DNA of 64,000 nt from the human T2T-CHM13v2.0 reference genome, Homo sapiens. The stretch lies in NCBI RefSeq assembly GCF_009914755.1, contig NC_060926.1, one strand, 5' to 3'. Positions 1 to 14,299 of this stretch are shown piece after piece (the stretch's first letter is position 1; each line of letters opens with the position of its first letter). The position numbers and the translations under genes are program-made. The notes beneath the pieces were generated by a model that ran no database searches, was not told where the DNA came from, and was given only the letters and a program-made list of their open reading frames with translations.

Positions 1-140
1 TTTGACGTCATGTGGCGGTGGGTGAAGCAAGCTTTCTCCCAATGAAAGAAGAAGCCTCAGGGATAGAGGAAAACCTTAGGAAAAAAAGCTCAAAATCCTT
101 TGCCCCAGTGGAAGCAGAAGGGCTTCCTTTGAGTGGCACC

Positions 141-860
<720 letters not shown>

Positions 861-1335
861 TGTAGACCCATGGGGCATGTGGAGGCCGGGAGGGTGCAGT
901 GGGGGAGGGAGTCCTGAGGACCCAGATTTGGCAGAATGACTTCTGGGAGTGGCCTTTCAAGGCGGGTGAGAGGGCACCACTTTCAGTAGCCAATGTTAAA
1001 AAAGAAATGAAGAATATTTTCATGGAAAGCTTTCTGGTGTGGTGACATAAACCCTTGTCTTCCTATACAGGATACACCAGGTGTAACGTAATCCTTTCTC
1101 AATGACCCAGGGACATCATTGTGAACCCCATGGGTGTGGTGAGTGGTGCTAGTGAAGGGGGATTCTGAGGTTTGGGAACTCCAGGAGGGCAGAGTTCTGC
1201 TGCGTCACCACCAGCCTCCTAGGGATTAGCACAGTGCTTGGCACATAGTAGGCACTTAGGGACTGTTTGCTGGAAGAAGGCGTCATGTTGGGTGTTTTAT
1301 CCGCATACAAAGTGGCTCTGCACTACTGTGTGGCC

Positions 1336-1646
1336 TTTTTTCTTCTTCTCTTTTAGAGACAGGGTCTTGTTCTGTCACCCAGGCTGGACTGTAGTGGTGT
1401 GATCAGGGCTCATTGCAACCTTGAAATCCTGGGCTGAAGCGATCCTTCTGCCTTAGCCTCCTGAGTAGCTAGGACAACAGAGGCACACCATCATGCCTGG
1501 CTAATTTAAATAATTTTTTTTTTTTCCGTAGATACAAGATCTGGCTACGTTTCTCAGGCTGATCTTGAACTCCTGGTCTTGAGCTATCCTCCTTCACTGC
1601 CCCACCAAAGTGCTGGGATTACAGACATGAACCACCTTGCTCAGCC
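1336..1646 (-). mobile_element. Alu, AluJ-type
   Basis: Full antisense dimer, diverged, J diagnostics. Confidence 0.93.
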
Positions 1647-1651
1647 TTTAA

Positions 1652-1803
1652 ATTTTTTTTTCAAAATTTTATTTTAATTAATTATATTTATTTTTAAAGA
1701 GATGGAATCTCGCTCTGTTATCCAGGCTAGAGTGCCGTGGTGTGATCATAGCTGACTGCAGCCTTGAACTCTTGGGCTGAAGCAGTCTTCCTCTGCAGCC
1801 TCC
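1652..1803 (-). mobile_element. 5'-truncated Alu (right-monomer fragment, J-type)
   Basis: AT-rich tail then gagatggaatctcgctctgttatccaggctagagtg...cagcctcc. Confidence 0.85.
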
Positions 1804-2115
1804 ACTATGTGGTTATGGTCTTTGATGAGGTGCTGGGCTAAATGGCAGCAGGAATGAAAAAGGGACACATTTGAGAAAGATTTAGAGAGTAAGATAGACA
1901 GGACTTAGGTGATGGATTAGATATGGAAGGTGAAAAGTGGAAGATGAGTATTAATTTTGTATTTTTTAATTAAAAAATCTCAAACATACAGTAATGAGAC
2001 TGGTGTAATTAAATCTATCACCTCGACTTAATCATTTTTTACCATATTTGCCTCATCTTCTTTATTGAAGTATTTAGAGTAAATTAGAATCGTGTTGACA
2101 TTTCAACTCTAAATA

Positions 2116-2471
2116 CAATAGTACCCCCCTTATCCTCTGGGGATATGTTTCCAGATGCCCAGTGGATGCCTGAAACCACTGATAGTACCAAACCCTATAT
2201 ACACTATGCTTCTTCCTATGCAGTAATGAGGGCAGAGGTGGGGAGGGGAGGATAGTGTTTACAGCGTGGATATGGTGGACAAAGGGATGATTCACATCCC
2301 AGGTGGATGGAGCAGGACAGCATGAGATTTCATCATGCTACTCAGAACAGTGTGCAATTTAAAACTTGGGAATTGTTGACTCCTAAAATTCCAATTTCCA
2401 TTGTAGACCACAGTTGATTGTGGGTAATTGAAATGGAGGAAAGTGAAACCTCTGATAAGCGGGGACTACTT
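2116..2471 (+). mobile_element. MER44A-like (Tigger7-derived) DNA transposon
   Basis: TIRs caatagtaccccccttatc ... gataagcggggactact; internal gatgcctgaaacc and ggacaaagggatgattcac match recalled consensus. Confidence 0.8.
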
Positions 2472-2574
2472 TAATTAAGCCTACATCCCTGACATCTCCA
2501 GTGTCACCAACACCAGTTCATGGGATCATTTTCCCCATTATCCCCAAAATATATTTTACAGACTTTGTTCAAGG

Positions 2575-3040
<466 letters not shown>

Positions 3041-4972
3041 CCTTAACACTTGCCTGGGATAAAGTGGGAACCTTTCCTGGCTCCTTCCTCTTCCCCGTCT
3101 GGCTTCCCTTACTCCCTGACAGGTTTTCCCCAGGAGCACGCCTTCATAATTCACTTGTTCACAAATTCTCATCTCAGAGTCTGCTTCTGGGAAACGTGAC
3201 CCACCAGACGGCCTGATGCTGCTGGACTCTTGCGCTGGAGCTTGATGGGAGGCAGCTGAGAGCAGGGCCGAGACCACTCCCTCCGAGTCCCTGGCAGACC
3301 GAGGAGCTGGATCCTGCTTGCCTGCAGGCTCCACGGAGAGTGGGTGGATGGGTGTGACTGGCTGGGACCTCAGTCTCCAGCCCAAGCCAGAGATGTTGTC
3401 ATCAGACAGATGTGGAGAGAGGCCCATAGTTAGGCTTCGGTTGGGAGATATGGTGAATTTCCTGAGGGACCCTGTGTCTCTTAATTGGAAGAGCATGAGG
3501 CTAGGAGAGGGCTGCAGCCTCCTGGGCAGTCATGCAAGGGCAGCTGTTCTCTCTCCCACCCATCCCCAGAGGGATGAACATTGGGAAGGGGAGAGAAGGT
3601 TAACAAATCAGCCCTGCCCCAGGCCCCCGACCAACTCCAAGGCCCATGAACCTGGCCTATGCTGGAGGAGGGGTGGACAGGGAGTGCTTTGAATAGAAAA
3701 TGAGATTGAAGCTGTAAAATGAACAGGACTGAGCCTTAAAAACCAGAATGAGATTTCTTTAATTAACTGAAATGACCACAAAATTATGGAATCCAACTGT
3801 GATGTCATTAAGGGAGCTGCTCCCCCATGGGAAGTGGTGGTGGGGTTGTGTGTGAGCCCAGCTGGTGGCGGATACTGAGAAAAGGAAAGCTTCCTGTGCA
3901 CACCCCAGTGCACAGATGAAGAAGGAAGAATGAAATGGAGCTCCGGTGCAAAGTGGCATGCAGATTTCTCCAAACTGGGACAGTTAGCGGCTCCAGTGAC
4001 ATCGTTAGAAGTTACAGGGAAGGACAGAGAGATGCTGTGGGAAAATGGAGATGAATGATGAAGATCTGGAGAAAACAGATGTGGAAGGAAACAGATGCAG
4101 CCAGGACGATGAGCTTCTCCTCGAAGCTGCCTGAAAAATGATGGTTTCTATGGGATCCAGGAGGAGGGGTGGAATAGTGTGGCTTAGAAAGTTAGGGAAA
4201 TTGAAATGAAGGTGAAGTTCCACCGTCATCCATCACGCCAGCGCGGTGTGGGACCCCTGCCTCCCTAAGCCGGTTTATTAATGATCCAGGACAGAGAGCC
4301 CAACAGTGCCTTTGTTAAAGTCACAAATGATCCTGAGCTGGGAAGCCTTGGGAACCACGGTGGGGAGGACTGACAAATTAATACCCAAATTAGGAGGTTG
4401 AAAATATATGCGTAGCAAAGAAAAGAAACTTTCCCTGGGAAAAAGAAAACCCAGTAGATACTGAATGACTGACTCTGTGCCTACTTAAGAGAAGAAAATT
4501 CCCCTAGCTGAATTCAGTTCTTTAAAAAGTTTGTGTGGTTTTAAAAACTGCTACTAAGTTTTTTTCAAAAATTGATTTTTTCTAAAAATCAATCTAGTGC
4601 TCTTTTTCCCCTCCCCTAAATCAGTGCACGTAGACACTCAACTCATCAAATACAGTACTGGAAAGGAGCGTTATTAACAATGACCTGGGTTCCAAGCCTT
4701 CATAAAATCATAGACTGGAACTAACCCATTTTAGATATGAGGGGCCTTGGGGATTATGAGCTTCCATTCTTCATTGCCCAGATGAGGCACGGAGGCCATG
4801 AGCTTGAGTGGCAGTGCAGGCCCGGCCCTGTCAGACACTCCCACTGCCTCTCCAGTGTGCTGCTCCTCCTACACCCCACATCATGCCACTCCACTCTGCA
4901 CTTATTGGGAGCTCACTTTAAGGGAGGTCATAGGGTAGTTCCTAGGGAACATGAAGGGGACACTGCTTGTGA

Positions 4973-5279
<307 letters not shown>

Positions 5280-5544
5280 TAAACTTTTTTTAAATGAAAA
5301 GTTTCAAAGAGACACAAAAGTAGAGACTAGGCTGGTGAACTTTCGCTTACCCATCCTCTGGCTTCAATAGTTACCGAAATATGTTCAGTCTTGTTTAATT
5401 TTACACTCTGTCACTACTGCTATAGTTAATGCAAGTCTAAGATCTCAGATTATTTTTTCCCCATAAATAATTCAGTATGAATTTATAATATGATCGAATA
5501 AATTTATAATTATACATACTGAAATTATAAATTGTTAACAGAAT

Positions 5545-6400
<856 letters not shown>

Positions 6401-9198
6401 AAAATCAGATACAATTAAAAATATATTTAAAAAACCAAGGCAATCTGAATAAAATATTGACTTTAGTTAATAAAAAGTTATTAATAATCTGATTACCATC
6501 AAATATCCAGCCAGAATTCAAACTTCCTTCATGGCCTCACAAATGTCTTTTCACAGTTAGTCTCTTTGAAGCTGGAGTGAAACCAGGTCCCCACATTGCA
6601 CTTGGAATCTTTAGAATAAGTTCTTAGAAGTGAAATGGCTAGCTAAAAGTATACACATATTTTAAAGAATTTGGCTGCATATTACAAAATTGCCCTTCAT
6701 AAATTATGTATCATTAAGCTCCTGTGTTCACTTTTTTTAAAAGCTGAACTTTTGAAATTATTTCTGGAGAGACTCCCTCCCTGAGCTGGACATTCGTTCT
6801 TATGGGTCCTCATATTCTTGCCGGCTTCTGCGCCCACCTCCATCTACCTTCTTGGTTGTTCCTCTCAATTTTTCACTGTCAAGTTATAACTCAAACTGGA
6901 AATGTGTGCAAGAATGTTCCCAGCTCACCAAAACCCCACCTCCCCTTCACTCTCTCTGGGTCTCACCGGCTGCCGGACACCTCTCCACACGCCTCTGCCT
7001 CCTCCTCCCCTCCTCCCCTTCTGTTTCTCTGACCCATGGCAGCTTGCAGGTGTGGGTGGGGAGATGGAAAGTATGGCTGGTGGGGTGTTGGGGGGTGGGG
7101 GAGTGGGGTATGGCTTTAAAACAAGGGTTGCAGGAGGAGCAGAAACAGCTTTGAGGGGCTCTGAGGCGACAACCACCTGCTCAAATAGACATTTCTGTAC
7201 CTTTAATGTCTTCGCCTTTGTGACTTTGACATCATAGTCTTCCTTGGGTTGTTAGCTTTAGAGCCCCATAAAAATGGTTGAGAGATGGAGCCACGAGAGA
7301 GGGAGGCAGATAACGTTTATTGAGCATGTGTTAGGTGCAGGGATGGCACTTGCCATCTCATCTCATCCATTCAAAACCCTAGGAGGTGGACATCACTTCC
7401 TGATGAGGAAACCAAGGCACAGAGAGGGTGAACAAGCCAGCTGGTTTAGGGGCTCCTGGTGTGCCTCGAAGCCCTCCCTGCCCCAGGGGTCTCTCCAGTC
7501 TGGGTTGGGTGACTGCTCTGGGTGAAAAATGACAGGTTTACTGGCGGGGGTGGTGAGGTGGAGGTGGCGGGAAGCAAAGTCAGCAAACAACTCAGTCTGC
7601 AAACCAAAGAGACAAAACGAAACAACACATGATTACAGAATTCATAAGCCCTTGAACTTTTCCTGAACTCTCCCAAAATTTCCTTTTAAAAATACTTTCA
7701 GGACAGAAATTAAACAAAAATTTGGAATCTTTTTTTACTTTAGCAAAATAGGAAAAAAGAATTTTTCCTCTGGAGCCAGGAGGCAATTGACAAGGTTTAG
7801 GAGGGAGCTCTCTTTAGAAGGGAATGTCTTCTGGCCCTGCTTTCTCACTCTGAGCCCAGAGGGAAGACCTGATTCAGGGGATTAAGCAGTCAAACGTGAG
7901 TCCTCGAGGTGCAGCTGGGGAGGAAGAGGAGGCCAGAATAAATCTTATTTTCATTGGCCAAATCTCCAGTGATCTAATTATAGCGGGAAGATATACTGAA
8001 TGCCAGACCAAAGGAAAAGGCACGAAGCCTGCCTGAGTGTCAGCAATGTTGTTATCTGTGTTGCTGGGATTTGCAGAAGACCTGGTTAGAATCGACTCCA
8101 GACTGCTTGAAATGCAGGGCTGTTCTCATCTCAGCCATCCTGGAGCTTCTTTGGCTGAGCGCGTGCTTACAGGACTATGAGTGTGTGTGTCTTCCATGCG
8201 CTCATGTGAGGCGGCATTCCTCATTTCTGATACTGACAGGGTCTGTAACATCCGGCACAAAAACGAGAATGATCAAGGGAGGAGAGCCAAAAGCCTGTGA
8301 TCTGAGTTCAGGCGGCAAGCATGAAGCTGCTTCGGTTTTAGGAGGTTGTGGCTGATGGGGGAAACAATTGAGAATTATAAACTCACAAACATGAGTTTGT
8401 TCACGAGATCTGGGGGGTGAGACAGAGAGGGTCTCTATGAAGCTGGAAACAGCTGGAACTTTAGAATGAGGAAAAAAAGAGGTTCTTCGCCTAATTGGGA
8501 TGGATTTGTTAGGAATAAAAACATAGAAGATAGATCTATGGTTTTGTAGCTCTTCTTCCTGAACTTGGTGAAAGCAAACACCGATTATTTTTAGTACTAC
8601 TTGTGTCCAGGTGGGCCTGTTTTATTTCTCTCCATCCTGAAGCCTGGAGGTGGGTGAAGTGGACCCAGGTAGCTTGTAGCTAGTCTAAATGACAGTGAGC
8701 TTCAAGGGGATCTATATATCCTTCCCACTAGACTGTGAACTCGTCAAAGGCAAGGACCACCACTTCTTTTTCATCTCTCTGTCTCAGTCCTTGGTATATA
8801 GCAGTTGCTGCAAAACGATGACCGAGAGGCTCTTCATTGTGTGGCTGACTGTTTCATTCTGGTTGCAGCAAAGAAGACTCAGATAGGGAAGGAGGTAGAG
8901 ATGCTCATCAACTTGCAGGGAGTGGCTGATGTCTTCAAGGGCTTATGGTAAAGTTGAGTGGCAAGTATAGACGTAGCCTTGTCTGATAAGAGGTGCTGGT
9001 GCCTGCCCAGGGAACAGGCAGCACAGCAGGGCTTAGCAGAGTTCTATCTTCAGCTGTTTGTGATGAACTCAGGCTTCCTGGCCCAGCTGCAAGTGCTTAG
9101 TCAGCTGCCTCTAAAGCACTGCTATTGCTACCTTATTAACAGCTGTATGCTACAAAGGAGGGCCTTCAAATTGAATTGCAGTGACCTGATGCTCCAGT

Positions 9199-9541
9199 TG
9201 TTGCAGGTGCGACTGGCTAGGGCTGGCATCGTGGGTGGTAAAAGAATTTACTAAGACAGTTGTAGTTAAAAAAAAGGCAGGTTTATTAGAGAAAGTATGA
9301 AAATATGTTACAAGAGTGCAACGGGCAGTACAGCAGAGAAGGGGCTGTCTGCCAAGAGGCAGGGGCTGGAAGGATGTTTTATAAGTTCGTGCTGAAGAGG
9401 CTACATGCAGAAGGAGGTATTTGGGAAAAGAATGTTGTGCCAGTGGATTGTATGTAATCAGCCATCTCCCATCTCTCAGAACATTGTTCTCCCCTACCTG
9501 GGGGCCCTTCCTCATTGTTGCATACTAATGAGGACTCCACA
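9199..9541 (-). mobile_element. Solo LTR, LTR47-like (ERVL)
   Basis: TG...CA termini, perfect 5-bp TSD CCAGT (9194-9198 and 9542-9546), TATA-like ttataaaa and AATAAA on the minus strand. Confidence 0.85.
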
Positions 9542-9893
9542 CCAGTTACTGTTACTGTGTAACAGAAATCCCAAACCTGGTGATGTAAAGCCACTGCTGC
9601 TTTATTATGCTCTCAGATTCTGCAGGTCGGGAGCTTAAAGGGAGCACTGCCAGGACTGCTTGACTTTGCTCCATGATGTCTTGGACCTCAGCTAGGAAGA
9701 CTCAAATGACTGGGGTCTGAAATCATCCAGAGGCTTCTTCACTTCTTTGACACATGGGCTCTCTGAACTGCTTGACTTCCTGATGGCACCAGGGTAGTTG
9801 GACTTTTTACATCTCCTTTTTACAACTCCTTTTTAACAGAGGAGTTGTACTAGTCAGGGTTCTGCAGAGAAGCAGAACATATATACGCACATA

Positions 9894-11386
9894 CACTCAT
9901 ATGTCGCCTAAGGACATTTTGTTCAATGATGGACTGTGTATGTGACAGTGCTCCCATAAGGTTATAATGGAGCTGAAAAATTTCTATCACCTGGTGACAT
10001 CATAGCCATCATAACATCATAGCATAGCACATTACTCATGTGTTTGTGGAGACACTGAAGTAAATGCTTGCTGCACTGCCTGTCATATAAAAGTCTAGCC
10101 ATACAATTATGTACAGAACATAACATTTGATAATGATAATAAATGACTGTTACTGCTTTATGTATTTACTATATTTTAAATTGCTATTTTACAGTGTACT
10201 CCTCCTACTTATAAAAAAAGTTAACCATAAAACAGACTCAGGCAGGTCAGTCAGGAGGTATTCAAAAGAAGGCATTGTTGGCTGGGCACAGTGGTTCATG
10301 CCTGTAATCCCAGCACTTTGGGAGGCCGAGGCGGGCAGATCACCTGAGGTCAGGAGTTCGAGACCAGCCTGACTAACATGGAGAAACCCTGTCGCTACTA
10401 AAAATACAAAAATATCTGGGTGTGGTGGTGCATGCCTGTAATCCCAGATACTGGGGAGGCTGAGGCAGGAGAATTGCTTGAACCAGGAGGCGGAGGTTGT
10501 GGTGAGCCGAGATTGTGCCGCTGCCCTCCAGCCTGGGCAACAAGAGCAAAGCTCCATCTAAAAAAAAAAAAAAAAGAAGGCATTGTTATCCTAGGAGATG
10601 ACAGCTCCATGCATGTTATTGTCCTTGAAGAACTTCCAGTGGGACAGGATGTGGAGATGGAAGACAGTGATGTTGATGTTGAAGATCCTGACCCTGTGTA
10701 GCCTTAGGCTAATGTGTGTGTTGTGTCTTAGTGTTTAACAAAAAAGTTTAAGAAGTGAAAAAAATTTTTTTAGATAGAAGTTTATAGAATAAGGATATAA
10801 AGAAAAAAATATTTTTGTACAGCTGTAAATGCGTTTGTGTTTGAAGTTGTTACAAAAGAGCCAAATATCTAAAAAAATTGAAAAGTTTACAAAGTGAAAA
10901 GTACAATTAAGCTAAGGTTAATTTATCATTTTAAAATAAATTTAGAGTAGCCTAATTGTACAGTGTCTAGTCTACAGTAGCGGACAGTAGTGTCCTAGGC
11001 CTTCACATTCATTTATTATTTACTCATTGATTCACCCAGAGCAACTTCCAGTCCTACAAGATCCATTCATGGCAAGTGCCCTCTACAGGTGGACCATTTT
11101 TTATCTTTACACCGTATTTTTTTCTCTACTTTTTCTGCATTTAGATATGTTTAGAAACACCAATACTTACCATTGTGTTACAGTTGCTTACAGTATTTGG
11201 TATAATAACGTGCTGTACAGGTTTGTAGCCTAGGAGCAATCAGCTATACCATTCTTAGCCTAGGTGTGTAGTAAGCAATGCCATTCAGGTTAGCGTAAAC
11301 TCACCCTATGATGTTCACACAGTGACAAAATTGCCTAATTATGCATTTCTCAGAACTCGTCCCTGTCATTAAGCGAAGCATGACTA
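9894..11386 (+). mobile_element. Tigger3b (Golem) DNA transposon deletion derivative, split by AluSp
   Basis: TIRs cactcatatgtcgc ... gcgaagcatgacta flanked by TA; acidic transposase C-terminal remnant EGIVILGDDSSMHVI...EDSDVDVEDPDPV* ending at 10701. Confidence 0.9.
10280..10571 (+). mobile_element. AluSp
   Basis: Diagnostics aacatggagaaaccc and gggcaacaagagc; perfect 16-bp TSD aaaagaaggcattgtt (10264-10279, 10572-10587). Confidence 0.95.
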
Positions 11387-11968
11387 TATATAATATATAT
11401 ATATATTTATTTAAAATATATTTATTATGAGGAATTGGCTCATGGGATTTTGGAGGCTGAGAAGTCCCATGATCTGCTGTCAGAAAAGCTGGCGGTAAAA
11501 TTCATTCGAAATCTAAAGGTCTGAGAACCCGGGGAACCCAGATGTAACTCCTAGTCTGAAGGCCAAAGAAGGTGAGATGAGATACTCCAGCTCATCAGTG
11601 AGTCAGAAAAAAAGAGGCTTAAATTCCCAAATTCCTCCACCGTTGGTTCTATTCCGGCCCTGGAAGATGTTCATCCGCCTCAGGGAGGGCAGTCTACTTG
11701 ACTGAGCCCACCCATTCAAATACTAATCTCATGGAAATATCCACACAGATACACCCGGGAATAATGTTTATTCTGGGTCCTGACCGTCAGTCAAATTGGC
11801 GCATAAAATTATCCACCACGAGAATGTTCCCAGTGAACAAGGTGAAAGTCAACTAGTGTCATTTCCACTGTCCTCTCTTGGTCAATGCAGTCATACGTGT
11901 GCCCAGATCCATGGGAGGGACAAAACCTCCACCCCTCAGTGGGAGAAGTGTTGAAAGATTTTTAGCCA

Positions 11969-12263
11969 TTTTTTTTTTTTTTTTGAGACGGGGTCTCGCT
12001 ATGTTGCCCAGGCTGGAGTGCAGAGACGCAATCTCGGCTCACTGCAAGCTCCGCCTCCCGGGTTCACGCCATTCTCCTGCCTCAGCTTCCAGTAGCTGGG
12101 ACTACAGGCGCCCGCCACCACGCCTGGCTAATTTTTTGTGTTTTTGGTAGAGACGGGGTTTCACCGTGTTAGACAGGATGGTCTCGATCTCATGGCCTCG
12201 TGATCCACCCGCCTTGGCCTCCCAAAGTGCTGGGATTATAGGCGTGAGCCACCGCGCCCGGCC
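11969..12263 (-). mobile_element. AluY
   Basis: Y diagnostics ctgcaagctccgcctcccgggttcacgccattctcc and accgtgttag..aggatggtctcgatctc; many CpGs retained; TSD core agccat. Confidence 0.95.
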
Positions 12264-12339
12264 AGCCATGTTTTAAAACTGCTGACACTCCTCACCCCAA
12301 CCAAATTTTGCTTTTTCATCTCATGCAAACTTTTTGTTA

Positions 12340-12570
12340 TAAACCAACTTTATTGAGGTAAAATTTACATGCCATAAAATTCACTCATTCTAAGTGAATA
12401 ATTCAATGAGTTCTAGTAAAATTACTGAGTTGTGCAACCATTACTATAATCCAGCTTTGGAACTTTTTCATTCCTCCCAATAAGATCCCTTGTGCCTGTT
12501 TATAGTTAATGCTGTTCTCAGCCCCAGGTAACCACTGATTTACTTTCTGTTGCTCTAAATTTGCTTTCTC
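12340..12570 (-). mobile_element. L1MB-type 3' end fragment
   Basis: aactttattgaggtaaaatttacatgccataaaattcactcattctaagtg...ggtaaccactgatttactttctgt. Confidence 0.8.
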
Positions 12571-12734
12571 TTTGCACACAGGCTGTTTAAGGTAAAAGAA
12601 GCAGGGCTTGAACTTTGAAAAGAAGTCCCTCTGCTCTCACTCCTGCCACCATGCCTCCCTCACAACTACCATCTGATTCCTTTCCTCTCCTTGGGGGCTC
12701 AGTAATCCAGACTCTGGTGACCCATCTGGAAGGG

Positions 12735-12872
12735 AGTCCCAGGGCTCCCCATTTGTATAATAAGATGGGGCTGTCAATAGCACCTTGATGTCGGATGGCG
12801 AGGAGGACTCTGTGCATGAATGAAGGTAAAGTGCTTTCAGCAGGGCTTTGCGCGCAGTAGACCCTTCAGAAA
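12735..12872 (+). mobile_element. MIR fragment
   Basis: ccccatttgta...atggggctgtcaatagcacc...gtaaagtgctttcagcagggc core-like sequence. Confidence 0.55.
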
Positions 12873-13329
12873 CACGGAGCCCTCTACAGTATTAGCTATT
12901 TATGTCCATCAGCATGAGAATGTTGGGGAGTGAGTATGAGAGTCGGCATTCTACAGAGGAGGAAACTGGAGCTTGGAAGTCTCAGGTCTCGGGGCTCATA
13001 AATGTTGGAGCAGGATGGGCATGCAGCTCCTGACTCGAGAACATCTCAGAATGTTTCCTACTGAAACATAGAGTTTGGAAAAACTTCCCATTGCCTGGGA
13101 CACTCAGGTTCTTTGTATGCTTTAAGGTATGTTTCTGAAAAAGTTTCATATACATTAATTTATTTCAGATGCCTCAATATAAGGGCAGGAGCAAACTGAA
13201 GTTTTCACTGTCCTCCACAAACAGATATCAGGGGAAGCTGCTTCCTTTCCAATCAGGGTTAATGAACAAACACTCCTTAGAGGAATGGAAGCAGACTAGA
13301 GAGAGAGAGAGAGAATGGGGAGAAACAAA

Positions 13330-13530
13330 TATTGAGTTTGGTCTGGGAAACTGAATTTACCCCACCCGCTCTTAGCTGGTAACTGAGTTCCTGTACCAGA
13401 CTTGCCAGTGATTAGGTATATTACTTAACCTCATGTAGCTTCAGCTATCCTATTTCCAGAGTGGGGATTATGAGGATTAGAGATAAAGCATAAAAGTCCT
13501 TAATATTTGGTAAAGGCAAGATACATTGTA
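13330..13530 (+). mobile_element. MIR fragment
   Basis: ttacttaacctc...cagctatcctatttccagagtggggattatgaggattagagataaagcataaaagt. Confidence 0.55.
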
Positions 13531-13544
13531 GCTAACATGGTAGT

Positions 13545-13620
13545 CACCATTACCATCATCACCATCACCACCACAGCACCCCATCCATCACCACCACCAT
13601 CATCATTGTCATCGCCATTG
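13545..13620 (+). repeat. Degenerate (CAC/CAT)n trinucleotide repeat
   Basis: caccattaccatcatcaccatcaccaccac...caccaccaccatcatcatt. Confidence 0.85.
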
Positions 13621-13817
13621 GTATTTTCACCATTCAAGTTTTTATAAACGTGCTCTTCCTCAGCCAATGGGAGGGGTGATTGCTCTTTGTATCACCCTTA
13701 CCTGCACCCGCATCATTTCTTCTCCTTTCCTGTGGTTATTAAAGATGAATTATCTGTGCTTTGAGTGAGGACCATCCCTACATGCACTGTAGACCACATC
13801 CTCTCCTTCCTACCAAA

Positions 13818-14260
13818 GTGGTACACAGAATAAATGGCCCCCAGAGATGTCCACATCCCAGTCCCCGGAACCTGTGAATATGTTACTTTACATGGAAAAG
13901 GGGGCTTTGCAAATGTGATTGAAAACTTTCAGATGGGGAGTTATTCTGGATAATCACAAGGGTCCTTAAAAGATGGAAGAGGGAAGCAGGAGTTTAGAGT
14001 CAGAGAAAGATTTGAAGATGCTGTGCTCCTGGACTTGAAGATGGAAGAAGAAATGCAGTTGGCCTTCAGAAGCTGGAAAAGGTGAGAAACACATTCTCCC
14101 CTAGAGCCTCTAGAAGGAACACAGCCTGGTCAGTATCTTGGTTTCAGCCTCAGAAGATCCATTTTGGACTTTTGACTTCTGGAAACATAAGGGAATAAAT
14201 TTATGTTGTTTTAAGGCTCAATTTGTGGTGACTCGTTCCAGCAGCAATAGGAAACTCATG
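13818..14260 (+). mobile_element. MLT1D MaLR solo LTR
   Basis: cagaataaatggcccccagagatgtccacatcc...ggaacctgtgaatatgttac; aataaatttatgttgttttaag...cagcaataggaaactcat. Confidence 0.85.
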
Positions 14261-14299
14261 CCCGAACAACTTTGCTCCAACAATTCCCTTTCTCTCCTG

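Larger units (their letters stand above)
9846..11820 (-). mobile_element. MLT2 (ERVL) solo LTR, split by Tigger3b
   Basis: tgtactagtcagggttctgcagagaagcagaac at left; tttattatgaggaattggctcatg...ggaggctgagaagtccc and gtcaaattggcgcataaaattatccacca at right. Confidence 0.85.
9547..12287 (-). mobile_element. MLT1 (MLT1H-like) MaLR LTR in pieces (about 9547-9845, 11821-11968, 12264-12287)
   Basis: ctgtgtaaca...tttattatgctctcagattctgcaggtcgggag...ctccatgatgtc and cccagatccatgggagggac...ctccacccctcagtgggagaagtg match antisense MLT1 motifs. Confidence 0.65.

Noticed and set aside
3-10. Perfect CRE palindrome TGACGTCA
   Set aside because: A single 8-mer at the window edge with no promoter or CpG-island context; about one is expected by chance in 64 kb.
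10420-10701. ORF joining Alu sequence to an acidic tail
   Set aside because: Chance read-through from AluSp into the Tigger3 transposase remnant; no promoter or splice evidence.
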